Source: the human T2T-CHM13v2.0 reference genome, Homo sapiens. Taken from it: a DNA stretch of 64,000 bases. Made by a program: the position numbers and the translations under genes. This document shows positions 30,601 through 43,196 of the stretch, piece after piece; the first letter of the stretch is position 1, and every line of letters begins with the position of its first letter. The notes beneath the pieces are model-generated. The model searched no databases. It was not told the DNA's origin and saw nothing but the letters and a program-made list of their open reading frames with translations. Where the stretch lies: assembly GCF_009914755.1 (NCBI RefSeq), contig NC_060940.1; one strand, written 5' to 3'.

Positions 30601-33600
30601 GATTCTACTCGAATCCACTTCATGATTTCTTTTGATTATAGTTGGTGATGATTCCATTGGAGTCCATTCAATGATTCCATTCGATTCCAATCGATGGTGA
30701 TTCCATTAGAGTCCATTTAATGATTCCATTTGATTCCAGTCTCTGATGATTACATTCGAGTCCATACGATGATTCCACTCAATTCCATATGATGATGATT
30801 CCATTCGATTCCATTCGATGATTCCATTCTATTCTATTCAATGGTGATTCCATTCGAGTACATTAGATGATTCCATTCGATTCCATTCAATGATGATTCT
30901 ATTTGTGTCCCTTAGATGATTCCACATGATTCCATTAGATGATGATACTATTTGAGCCCATCCAATGATTCCCTTCGATTCCATTCGATGAGGATTCTAT
31001 TCGATTCAATTCATTGGTGATTCTATTCAATTCAATTATTTGATTCCATTCCATTCCATTCGACAATGATTCCATTCGATTTCTTTCGATGATTCCACTC
31101 GATTCCACTTGACATTGATTCCATTCAATTCCATTCAATGATTCCATTTGATTCCAGTGGATGATGATTGCCATCGATTCCATTCGATCACTCCATTCTA
31201 TTCCATTTGATGATGATTACATTCGATTCCATTTGATGATTCCATCTGATTCTATTCGAGGATTCCATTTGATTCCTTTCGATGATGATTCCATTCGAGT
31301 CCATTCGATGATTTCATTCGAGTACATCCAATGATTCCATTCGAGTCCATTTGATGATTCCATTTGATTCCATTTGATAATGATTCTACTAGAGTCCATT
31401 CAATGACTCCTTTGGAGTCCATTCAACAATTCCATTCGACTCCATTCGATGATTCCATTCCAGTCCATTTGATGATTCCATTCGAGTCCATTTAATCATT
31501 ACAGTCGAGTCCATTTGGTGATTCCACTGGATTTCTTTTGATAATGATACCATTCAATTACATTTGATGATGATCCCATTCAATTTCATTTCATGATGAT
31601 TCCATTAGAGTCCATTCGATGATATCATTCGAGTCCCTTTATTGATTCCATCCGATTTCATTGGATGATGACTCCATTCGAGTCCATTCGATGATTCCTC
31701 TCGATTCCATTAGATGATTCCATTGGAGTCCATTTGATTGTTCCATTCGATTCCATTCGATTCCTTTCGAAGATTATTCCATTTGAGTCCATTCGATGAT
31801 GATTCCATTCCATTCCATTCGATGATTCCGTTTGATTCCATTCGATGATTCCCTTCGATTCCTTTCTTTGATGATTCCATTCCATTCCATTCAATGATTC
31901 CATTCGAATCTATTCCATGATGATTCCTTTCGATTCCATTCGCTGATGTTTCCGTTCAATTCCTTCGATGATGATTCCATTCGATTCCATTCATTGAGGA
32001 TTCCATTTGATTCCATTCAATGATGATTCCGTTCTATTCCATTCAATGATTGCATTCAATTCCATTCAATGATTATCCCCTTAGAGTAAACTCAACGATT
32101 CCATTCAATACCATTAGATGATGATTCCTTTTGAGTCCATTCAATGATTTCATTCAAGTCCATTTAATGATTCCTTTCAATTCCTTTCTATGATGATTCC
32201 ATTCGAGTCCATTCGATGATTCCATTCGATTGCATTCGATGATTCCATTATATTCCAGTCAACGATGATTCCATTCGAGTCCATTCGATGATTCCATTAG
32301 AGTATATTTAATGATTGCTTTGTTTTCAATTCGACGATGATTACATTGGATTCCATTCTATGATACCATTCGATTCCATTCAATGATGATTCCACTCAAA
32401 TCCATTGGATGATTCCATTCGTGTCCATTCGGTGATTTCATTACATTCCATTCGAGGATGATTCCATTCGATTCCATTCGATGATTCCGTTCAATTCCAT
32501 TCGATGATGATTCCATTCCAGTCCATATGATCATTCCATTTGATTTCATTCGATGATGATTCCATTCGATTCCATTCGATGATTCCATTCTATTCCATTC
32601 GATGATGATTCCATTCGAGTCCATTCGATGATTCCATTCGAGTCCATTTAATGATTCCATTGGGTTCAATTCAATGATGTTTACATTGGATTCCATTCTA
32701 TGATTCCATTCAATTCCGTTCATTGACAATTTGATTCCATTCGATGATGATTCCATTTGAGTTCATACGATGATTCTATTCGATTCTCTTCGATGGTGAT
32801 TCAATTCTATTATATTGGATGATTCCATTCGATTCCATTTGATGTTGATTCAATTCGATTCTATTCGATGATGATTCCATTGGATTTCACTTGATGATTT
32901 TATTCGATTCCATTCAATGATGATTCACTTCTCGTCCATTGGATGATTGCATTTCATTCCATTCGATGATGATTCCATTCGATTCCATTCGATGATTCCA
33001 TTTGATTCCATGCGACGGTGAGCAATTCGATTCAATTCCATGATGATTCTATTTGATTCAATTAGATGATGTTTCCATTCGAATCCATTCCATGATTATT
33101 CCATTGGAATCCATTTGGCGATGATTCCATATGAGTCAATTCAATGATGATTCCATATGGGTCCGTTCGATGATAATTCCATTTGATTTCATTCGATGAT
33201 TCTATTCAATTCCAGTTGATGATGTTTCCGTTGGAGTCCATACGATGATTCCATTTGATTTCATTTGATGATGATTCCATTCGATGATGATTACATTGGA
33301 TTCCATTCTATGATTCCATTCAATTCCATTCGTTGATGATTCGATTCCATTCAATGATGATTCCATTTGAGTTCATTCGATGATTCTATTCGATTCCGTT
33401 CGATGGTGATTCAATTCTATTATATTGGATGATTCCACTCGATTCCATTTGATGATTATTCCATTGGAGTCCACTTAGTGAATCCTTTAGATTCTACTCG
33501 AAGATGATTCCATTCGAGTCCATTCGATGATACCATTCAATTCCATTCGTTGATGCTTCCATTCAAGTGCATTCGATGATATCATTCGATTCCATTTGAT

Positions 33601-34921
33601 GATAATTCCATTTGATTCCATGCGATGATTCTATTCGATTCCATTCAATGATAATTCCATTCAATTCAGTGATTCCTCTGGACTCCATTTGATGATGATT
33701 CCACTCAATGATTCCATTCGATTCTATTCCAAAATGATTCCATTTGAATCCATTTGATGATGATTCCATTAGATTCCATTTGATGATTCCATTCGATTCC
33801 ATTCAACGATGATTCCATTTGATTCCATTTGATGATTCCATTCTATTCTATTCGATGATGATTCCATTCGATTCCATTCGATGATGATTGGATTCGATTC
33901 CATTTGATGATTTCATTTGATTCCATTCGTTAATGATTTCGATCAATTCCATTCGATGATTCCATTCGATTCCATTCGATAATGACTATATCCGAGTCCA
34001 TCGATGATTCCATTTGAGCCTGTTCGATAATTCCATTTGAGTCCAACCAATGATTCCATTCATTTCCATTCAATGATTCCATTCGAGTCCATTTGATCAT
34101 TCCGGTAGGGTCCATTCGATGTTGATTCCATTGGAGTGCATTCGATGATTCCATTCGAGTCCATTTTATGATTTGTTTCGAGTCCTTTCGATGATTCCAT
34201 TCGATTCCACTCGATGATGATTTCATTCGAGTCCATTCGACACTTCCAATCGATTCCATTTGATGTTTCCATTCGAGTCCAATTGATGATTCCATTCAAT
34301 TCCATTCGATGATGATTCCGTACGATTCCATTCTGTGATGATTCCATGTGATTGCATTCAATGATGATTCCTTTCGATTGCATTCGATAATGATTCATTT
34401 CGTGTTCATTCTATGGTTCCACAGGTTTCCATTCGATGACGTTTCCGTTCGTGTCCATTCCATTATTCCATTCTATTTCATTTGATGATGATTCCATTCG
34501 ATTCCATTCATTGGTGATTCCACTCAATTCCATTCAATGATTCCATTCCATTTCTTTCAACAATGATTCCATTAGTTTCTATTCGATGATCCACTTGATT
34601 CCATTTGGCGATGATTCCATTCGTGTCCATTCGATGATTCCATTTGATTCCATATGATGATGATTCCATTCGATTCCATACCATGATGATTCCATTCGAG
34701 TCCATTCAGTGGTGATTCCATTCAATTCCATTCGATGATTCCTTCCGATTCCATTCGATGATGATGGCATTCGATTCCTTTCAATCATTCCCTTTGATTC
34801 CATTCAAAGGTGATTTCATTCAAGTCCATTCGATAATTGCATTCGATTCCATTCTATGATGATTCCATTCGAGTCCATTTGATGATTCCATTCAATTCAA
34901 GTCAATGATGATTCCATTCGA
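27625..34921 (+). repeat. ~6.13 kb HOR variant (family 2)
   Basis: Landmark spacing 28269->34398 = 6129. Carries a 16 bp extra segment (atgacgtttccgttcg, ~28306 and ~34436), an extra 49 bp block, and diagnostic alleles (ggaccatg, cctgtgattccc, ccattctccg) absent from family 1. Confidence 0.85.
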
Positions 34922-36386
34922 TTTCACTCGATGATTCCATTGGATTCCATTCGATGATGATTCCATTCAAATCCATTCGATAATTCAATTCAAGTCCATT
35001 CGATGATGATTCCAATCGAATCCATTCAAAGATTCCATTCAATTCCATTCGATGATGATTCCCTTAGATTCCATTCGATGATTCCACTTGATTCCATTTA
35101 CGATGATTGCATTCGATTCCATGTGATGAATCCATTCAATTCTATTCAATGATGTTTCCATTTGATTCCATTGGACCATGATTGCCTTTGATTCCATTCA
35201 ATGATTCCATTCGGTTCCATTTGATGATGATTCCGTTCGATTCCATTTCATTATTCCATTTGATTACATTGGATGAGTCCATTCGATTACATTCGATGAT
35301 TATTCCATTCGAGTGCATTAGATGATTGCATTCGAGTCCATTCGATGATTCCATTCGATTCTATTCGATGTTGATTCTGTTCAAAACCATTCGATGATTC
35401 CACTCGATTCCATTCGATGACTCCATTTGATCCCATTCGATGATTTCCTGTGATTCCCTTTGATGATCATTCTATTTGATTCAATTCGGTGATTTCATTT
35501 CATTCCATTCAGTGATGTTTCCATTCGACTGTATTCGATGATGATTCCATTCGACTCCATTCGATTATGATTTCATTCAATTCCATTCAATAATGATTCC
35601 CTTCGAGTCCATTCGATGATTCCATTCGATTCCATTCAACGATGATTTGATTCGTTTCCATTCGATGATTCCATTGGATTCCATTCGATGATGATTCCAT
35701 TCAAATCCATTCGATAATTCAATTCAAGTCCATTCGATGATGATTCCAATCGAATCCATTCAAAGATTCCATTCAGTTCCATTCGATGATTCCCTTAGAT
35801 TCCATTCGATGATTCCACTTGATTCCATTTACGATGATTCCATTCGATTCCATGTGATGATTCCATTCAATTCTATTCAATGATGTTTCCATTTGATTCC
35901 ATTCGACCATGATTGCCTTTGATTCCATTCAATGATTCCATTCGGTTCCTTTTGATGATGATTCCGTTCGATTCCATTTGATGATTCCATTTGATTCCAT
36001 TGGATGAGTCCATTCGATTACATTCGATGATTATTCCATTCGAGTGCATTAGATGATTCCATTCGAGTCCATTCGATGATTCCATTCGATTCCATTCGAT
36101 GTTGATTCTGTTAAAATCCATTCGATGATTCCACTCGATTCCATTCGATGACTCCATTTGATCCCATTCGATGATTTCCTGTGATTCCCTTTGATGATCA
36201 TTCCATTTGATTCAATTCGGTGATTTCATTTGATTCCATTCAGTGACGTTTCCATTCGACTCCATTCGATGATGATTCCATTCGACTCCATTCGATTATG
36301 ATTTCATTCAATTCCATTCGATAATGATTCCCTTCAAGTCCATTCGATGATTCCATTCGATTCCATTCAACGATTATTTGATTCGT
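34922..36386 (+). repeat. Internal tandem duplication (734 + 731 bp), first occurrence
   Basis: Landmarks 35142 and 35873 are 731 bp apart. Novel junction gatttgattcgt|ttccattcgatgattccattgg at ~35656. Confidence 0.88.
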
Positions 36387-36461
36387 GTCCATTCGATGAT
36401 TCCATTTGATTCCACTTGATGATGATTCCATTCGAGTCCATTTGATGATTCCATTCAATTC

Positions 36462-36481
36462 AATGGAATTCAATGGAATCA
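36462..36481 (-). other. 20 bp inverted (GGAAT-strand) insertion at a ~2.27 kb deletion junction
   Basis: aatggaattcaatggaatca lies between ...tgattccattcaattc and gcgattccattcgctgatg. These flanks are 2269 bp apart in the intact unit (43271 and 45541). Confidence 0.88.
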
Positions 36482-39400
36482 GCGATTCCATTCGCTGATG
36501 TTTCCGTTCAATTCCATTCGATGATGATTCCATTCGATTCCATTCATTGAGGATTCCATTTCATTCCATTCAATGATGATTCCGTTCTATTCCATTCAAT
36601 GATTGCATTCAATTCCATTCAATGATTATCCCCTTAGAGTAAACTCAATGATTCCATTCAATACCATTCGATGATGATTCCTTTTGAGTCCATTCAATGA
36701 TTTCATTCAAGTCCATTTGATGATTCCTTTCAATTCCATTCTATGATGATTCCATTCGAGTCCATTCGATGATTCCATTCAATTGCATTCGATGATTCCA
36801 TTATATTCCAGTCCACGATGATTCCATTCGAGTCCATTCGATGATTCCATTAGAGTACATTTAATGATTGCTTTGTTTTCAATTCGAAGATGATTACATT
36901 GGATTCCATTCTATGATACCATTCGATTCCATTCAATGATGATTCCACTCAAATCCATTGGATGATTCCATTCGTGTCCGTTCGGTGATTTCATTAGATT
37001 CCATTCGAGGATGATTCCATTCGATTCCATTCGATGATTCCGTTCAATTCCATTCGATGATGATTCCATTCCAGTCCATATGATCATTCCATTTGATTTC
37101 ATTCGATGATGATTCCATTCGACTCCATTCCATGATTCCATTCTATTCCATTCGATGATGATTCCATTCGAGTCCATTCGATGATTCCATTCGAGTCCAT
37201 TTAATGATTCCATTGGGTTCAATTCAATGATGATTACATTGGATTCTGTTCTATGATTCCATTCAATTCCGTTCATTGACAATTTGATTCCATTCGATGA
37301 TGATTCCATTTGAGTTCATTCGATGATTCTATTCGATTCTCTTCGATGGTGATTCAATTCTATTATATTGGATGATTCCATTCGATTCCATTTGATGTTG
37401 ATTCAATTCGATTCTATTCGATGATGATTCCATTGGATTTCACTTGATGATTCTATTCGATTCCATTCAATGATGATTCACTTCTCGTCCATTGGATGAT
37501 TTCATTTCATTCCATTCGATGATGATTCCATTCGATTCCTTTCGATGATTCCATTTGATTCCATGCGACGGTGAGCAATTCGATTCAATTCCATGATGAT
37601 TCTATTTGATTCAATTAGATGATGTTTCCATTCGAATCCATTCCATGATTATTCCATTGGAATCCATTTGGCGATGATTCCATATGAGTCAATTCAATGA
37701 TGATTCCATATGGGTCCGTTCGATGATAATTCCATTTGATTTCATTCGATGCTTCTATTCAATTCCAGTCGATGATGATTCCGTTGGAGTCCATACGATG
37801 ATTCCATTTGATTTCATTTGATGATGATTCCATTCGATGATGATTACATTGGATTCCATTCTATGATTCCATTCAATTCCATTCGTTGATGATTCGATTC
37901 CATTCAATGATGATTCCATTTGAGTTCATTCGATGATTCTATTCGATTCCGTTCGATGGTGATTCAATTCTATTATATTGGATGATTCCACTCGATTCCA
38001 TTTGATGATTATTCCATTGGAGTCCACTTAGTGAATCCTTTAGATTCTACTCGAAGATGATTCCATTCGAGTCCGTTCGATGATACCATTCAATTCCATT
38101 CGTTGATGCTTCCATTCAAGTGCATTCGATGATATCATTCGATTCCATTTGATGATAATTCCATTTGATTCCATGCGATGATTCTATTCGATTCCATTCA
38201 ATGATAATTCCATTCAATTCAGTGATTCCTCTGGACTCCATTTGATGATGATTCCATTCAATGATTCCGTTCGATTCTATTCCAAAATGATTCCATTTGA
38301 ATCCATTTGATGATGATTCCATTAGATTCCATTTGATGATTCCATTCGATTCCATTTGACGATGATTCCATTCGATTCCATTTGATGATTCCATTCTATT
38401 CTATTCGATGACGATTCCATTCGATTCCATTCGATGATGATTGGATTCGATTCCATTTGATGATTTCATTTGATTCCATTCGTTAATGATTTTGATCAAC
38501 TCCATTCGATGATTCCATTTAATTCCATTCGATAATGATTACATCCGAGTCCATTCAATGATTCCATTTGAGCCCGTTCGATAATTCCATTTGAGTCCAA
38601 TCAATGATTCCATTCATTTCCATTCAATGATTCCATTCGAATCTATTCCATGATGATTCCTTGCGATTCCATTCGCTGATGTTTCCGTTCAATTACATTC
38701 GATGATGATTCCATTCGATTCCATTCATTGAGGATTCCATTTGATTCCATTAAATGATGATTCCTTTCTATTCCATTCAATGATTGCATTCAATTCCATT
38801 CAATGATTATCCCCTTAGGGTAAACTCATTGATTCCATTCAATACCATTCGATGATGATTCCTTTTGAGTCCATTCAATGATTTCATTCAAGTCCATTTG
38901 ATGATTCCTTTCAATTCCATTCTATGATGATTCCATTCGAGTCCATTCGATGATTCCATTCAATTGCATTCGATGATTCCATTATATTCCAGTCAACGAT
39001 GATTCCATTCGAGTCCATTCGATGATTCCATTAGAGTACATTTAATGATTGCTTTGTTTTCAATTCGAAGATGATTACATTGGATTCCATTCTATGATAC
39101 CATTCGATTCCATTCAATGATGATTCCACTCAAATCCATTGGATGATTCCATTCGTGTCCGTTCGGTGATTTCATTAGATTCCATTCGAGGATGATTCCA
39201 TTCGATTCCATTCGATGATTCCATTCAATTCCATTCGATGATGATTCCATTCCAGTCCATATGATCATTCCATTTGATTTCATTCGATGATGATTCCATT
39301 CGATTCCATTCGATGATTCCATTCTATTCCATTCGATGATGATTCCATTCGAGTCCATTCGATGATTCCATTCGAGTCCATTTCATGATTCCATTGGGTT

Positions 39401-40820
39401 CAATTCAATGATGATTACATTGGATTCCGTTCTATGATTCCATTCAATTCCGTTCATTGACAATTTGATTCCATTCGATGATGATTCCATTTGAGTTCAT
39501 TCGATGATTCTATTCGATTCTCTTCGATGGTGATTCAATTCTATTATATTGGATGATTCCATTCGATTCCATTTGAAGTTGATTCAATTCGATTCTATTC
39601 GATGATGATTCCATTGGATTTCACTTGATGATTCTATTCGATTCCATTCAATGATGATTCACTTCTCGTCCATTGGATGATTCCATTTCATTCCATTCGA
39701 TGATGATTCCATTCGATTCCTTTCGATGATTCCATTTGATTCCATGCGACGGTGAGCAATTCGATTCAATTCCATGATGATTCTATTTGATTCAATTAGA
39801 TGATGTTTCCATTCGAATCCATTCCATGATTATTCCATTGGAATCCATTTGGCGATGATTCCATATGAGTCAATTCAATGATGATTCCATATGGGTCCGT
39901 TCGATGATAATTCCATTTGATTTCATTCGATGCTTCTATTCAATTCCAGTCGATGATGATTCCGTTGGAGTCCATACGATGATTCCATTTGATTTCATTT
40001 GATGATGATTCCATTCGATGATGATTACATTGGATTCCATTCTATGATTCCATTCAATTCCATTCGTTGATGATTCGATTCCATTCAATGATGATTCCAT
40101 TTGAGTTCATTCGATGATTCTATTCGATTCCGTTCGATGGTGATTCAATTCTATTATATTGGATGATTCCACTCGATTCCATTTGATGATTATTCCATTG
40201 GAGTCCACTTAGTGAATCCTTTAGATTCTACTCGAAGATGATTCCATTCGAGTCCATTCGATGATACCATTCAATTCCATTCGTTGATGCTTCCATTCAA
40301 GTGCATTCGATGATATCATTCGATTCCATTTGATGATAATTCCATTTGATTCCATGCGATGATTCTATTCGATTCCATTCAATGATAATTCCATTCAATT
40401 CAGTGATTCCTCTGGACTCCATTTGATGATGATTCCATTCAATGATTCCATTCGATTCTATTCGAAAATGATTCCATTTGAATCCATTTGATGATGATTC
40501 CATTAGATTCCATTTGATGATTCCATTCGATTCTATTCTAAAATGATTCCATTTGAATCCATTTGATGATGATTCCATTAGATTCCATTTGATGATTCCA
40601 TTCGATTCCATTTGATGATGATTCCATTCGATTCCATTTGATGATTCCATTCTATTCTATTCGATGATGATTCCATTCGATTCCATTCGATGATGATTGG
40701 ATTCGATTCCATTTGATGATTTCATTTGATTCCATTCGTTAATGATTTCGATCAACTCCATTCGATGATTCCATTTAATTCCATTCAATAATGATTACAT
40801 CCGAGTCCATTCGATGATTC
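36482..40820 (+). repeat. 2181 bp tandem duplication of part of the HOR unit
   Basis: Landmarks 36911/39092, 37607/39788 and 38116/40297 are each 2181 bp apart. The junction lies in a 23 bp shared sequence at 38618-38640. Confidence 0.88.
40442..40591 (+). repeat. 75 bp tandem duplication
   Basis: atgattccattcgattctattc[g/t]aaaatgattccatttgaatcc starts at both 40442 and 40517. It appears in the ORF track as a repeated 25-residue block. Confidence 0.88.
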
Positions 40821-41731
40821 CATTTGAGCCCGTTCGATAATTCCATTTGAGTCCAATCAATGATTCCATTCATTTCCATTCAATGATTCCATTCGAGTCC
40901 ATTTGATCATTCCGGTAGGGTCCGTTCGATGTTGATTCCATTGGAGTGCATTCGATGATTCCATTCGAGTCCATTTTATGATTTGATTCGAGTCCTTTCG
41001 ATGATTCCATTCGATTCCACTCGATGATGATTTCATTCGAGTCCATTCGACACTTCCAATCGATTCCATTTGATGTTTCCATTCGAGTCCAATTGATGAT
41101 TCCATTCAATTCCATTCGATGATGATTCCGTACGATTCCATTCTGTGATGATTCCATGTGATTGCATTCAATGATGATTCCTTTCGATTGCATTCGATTA
41201 TGATTCATTTCGTGTTCATTCTATGGTTCCACAGGTTTCCATTCGATGACGTTTCCGTTCGTGTCCATTCCATTATTCCATTCTATTTCATTTGATGATG
41301 ATTCCATTCGATTCCATTCATTGGTGATTCCACTCAATTCCATTCAATGATTCCATTCCATTTCTTTCAACAATGATTCCATTAGTTTCTATTCGATGAT
41401 CCACTTGATTCCATTTGGCGATGATTCCATTCGTGTCCATTCGATGATTCCATTTGATTCCATATGATGATGATTCCATTCGATTCCATACGATGATGAT
41501 TCCATTCGAGTCCATTCAATGGTGATTCCATTCAATTCCATTCGATGATTCCTTCCGATTCCATTCGATGATGATGGCATTCGATTCCTTTCAATCATTC
41601 CCTTTGATTCCATTCAAAGGTGATTTCATTCAAGTCCATTCGATAATTGCATTCGATTCCATTCTATGATGATTCCATTCGAGTCCATTTGATGATTCCA
41701 TTCAATTCAAGTCAATGATGATTCCATTTGA

Positions 41732-43196
41732 TTCCACTCGATGATTCCATTGGATTCCATTCGATGATGATTCCATTCAAATCCATTCGATAATTCAATT
41801 CAAGTCCATTCGATGATGATTCCAATCGAATCCATTCAAAGATTCCATTCAATTCCATTCGATGATGATTCCCTTAGATTCCATTCGATGATTCCACTTG
41901 ATACCATTTACGATGATTGCATTCGATTCCATGTGATGAATCCATTCAATTCTATTCAATGATGTTTCCATTTGATTCCATTGGACCATGATTGCCTTTG
42001 ATTCCATTCAATGATTCCATTCGGTTCCATTTGATGATGATTCCGTTCGATTCCATTTCATTATTCCATTTGATTCCATTGGATGAGTCCATTCGATTAC
42101 ATTCGATGATTATTCCATTCGAGTGCATTAGATGATTGCATTCGAGTCCATTCGATGATTCCATTCGATTCCATTCGATGTTGATTCTGTTCAAATCCAT
42201 TCGATGATTCCACTCGATTCCATTCGATGACTCCATTTGATCCCATTCGATGATTTCCTGTGATTCCCTTTGATGATCATTCTATTTGATTCAATTCGGT
42301 GATTTCATTTCATTCCATTCAGTGATGTTTCCATTCGACTGTATTCCATGATGATTCCATTCGACTCCATTCGATTATGATTTCATTCAATTCCATTCAA
42401 TAATGATTCCCTTCGAGTCCATTCGATGATTCCATTCGATTCCATTCAACGATGATTTGATTCGTTTCCATTCGATGATTCCATTGGATTCCATTCGATG
42501 ATGATTCCATTCAAATCCATTCGATAATTCAATTCAAGTCCATTCAATGATGATTCCAATCGAATCCATTCAAAGATTCCATTCAGTTCCATTCGATGAT
42601 TCCCTTAGATTCCATTCGATGATTCCACTTGATTCCATTTACGATGATTCCATTCGATTCCATGTGATGATTCCATTCAATTCTATTCAATGATGTTTCC
42701 ATTTGATTCCATTCGACCATGATTGCCTTTGATTCCATTCAATGATTCCATTCGGTTCCTTTTGATGATGATTCCGTTCGATTCCATTTGATGATTCCAT
42801 TTGATTCCATTGGTTGAGTCCATTCGATTACATTCGATGATTATTCCATTCGAGTGCATTAGATGATTCCATTCGAGTCCATTCGATGATTCCATTCGAT
42901 TCCATTCGATGTTGATTCTGTTCAAATCCATTCGATGATTCCACTCGATTCCATTCGATGACTCCATTTGATCCCATTCGATGATTTCCTGTGATTCCCT
43001 TTGATGATCATTCCATTTGATTCAATTCGGTGATTTCATTTGATTCCATTCAGTGACGTTTCCATTCGACTCCATTCGATGATGATTCCATTCGACTCCA
43101 TTCGATTATGATTTCATTCAATTCCATTCGATAATGATTCCCTTCGAGTCCATTCGATGATTCCATTCGATTCCATTCAACGATGATTTGATTCGT
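41732..43196 (+). repeat. 731 bp internal duplication, second occurrence
   Basis: Landmarks 41952/42683; same junction at ~42466. Confidence 0.88.
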
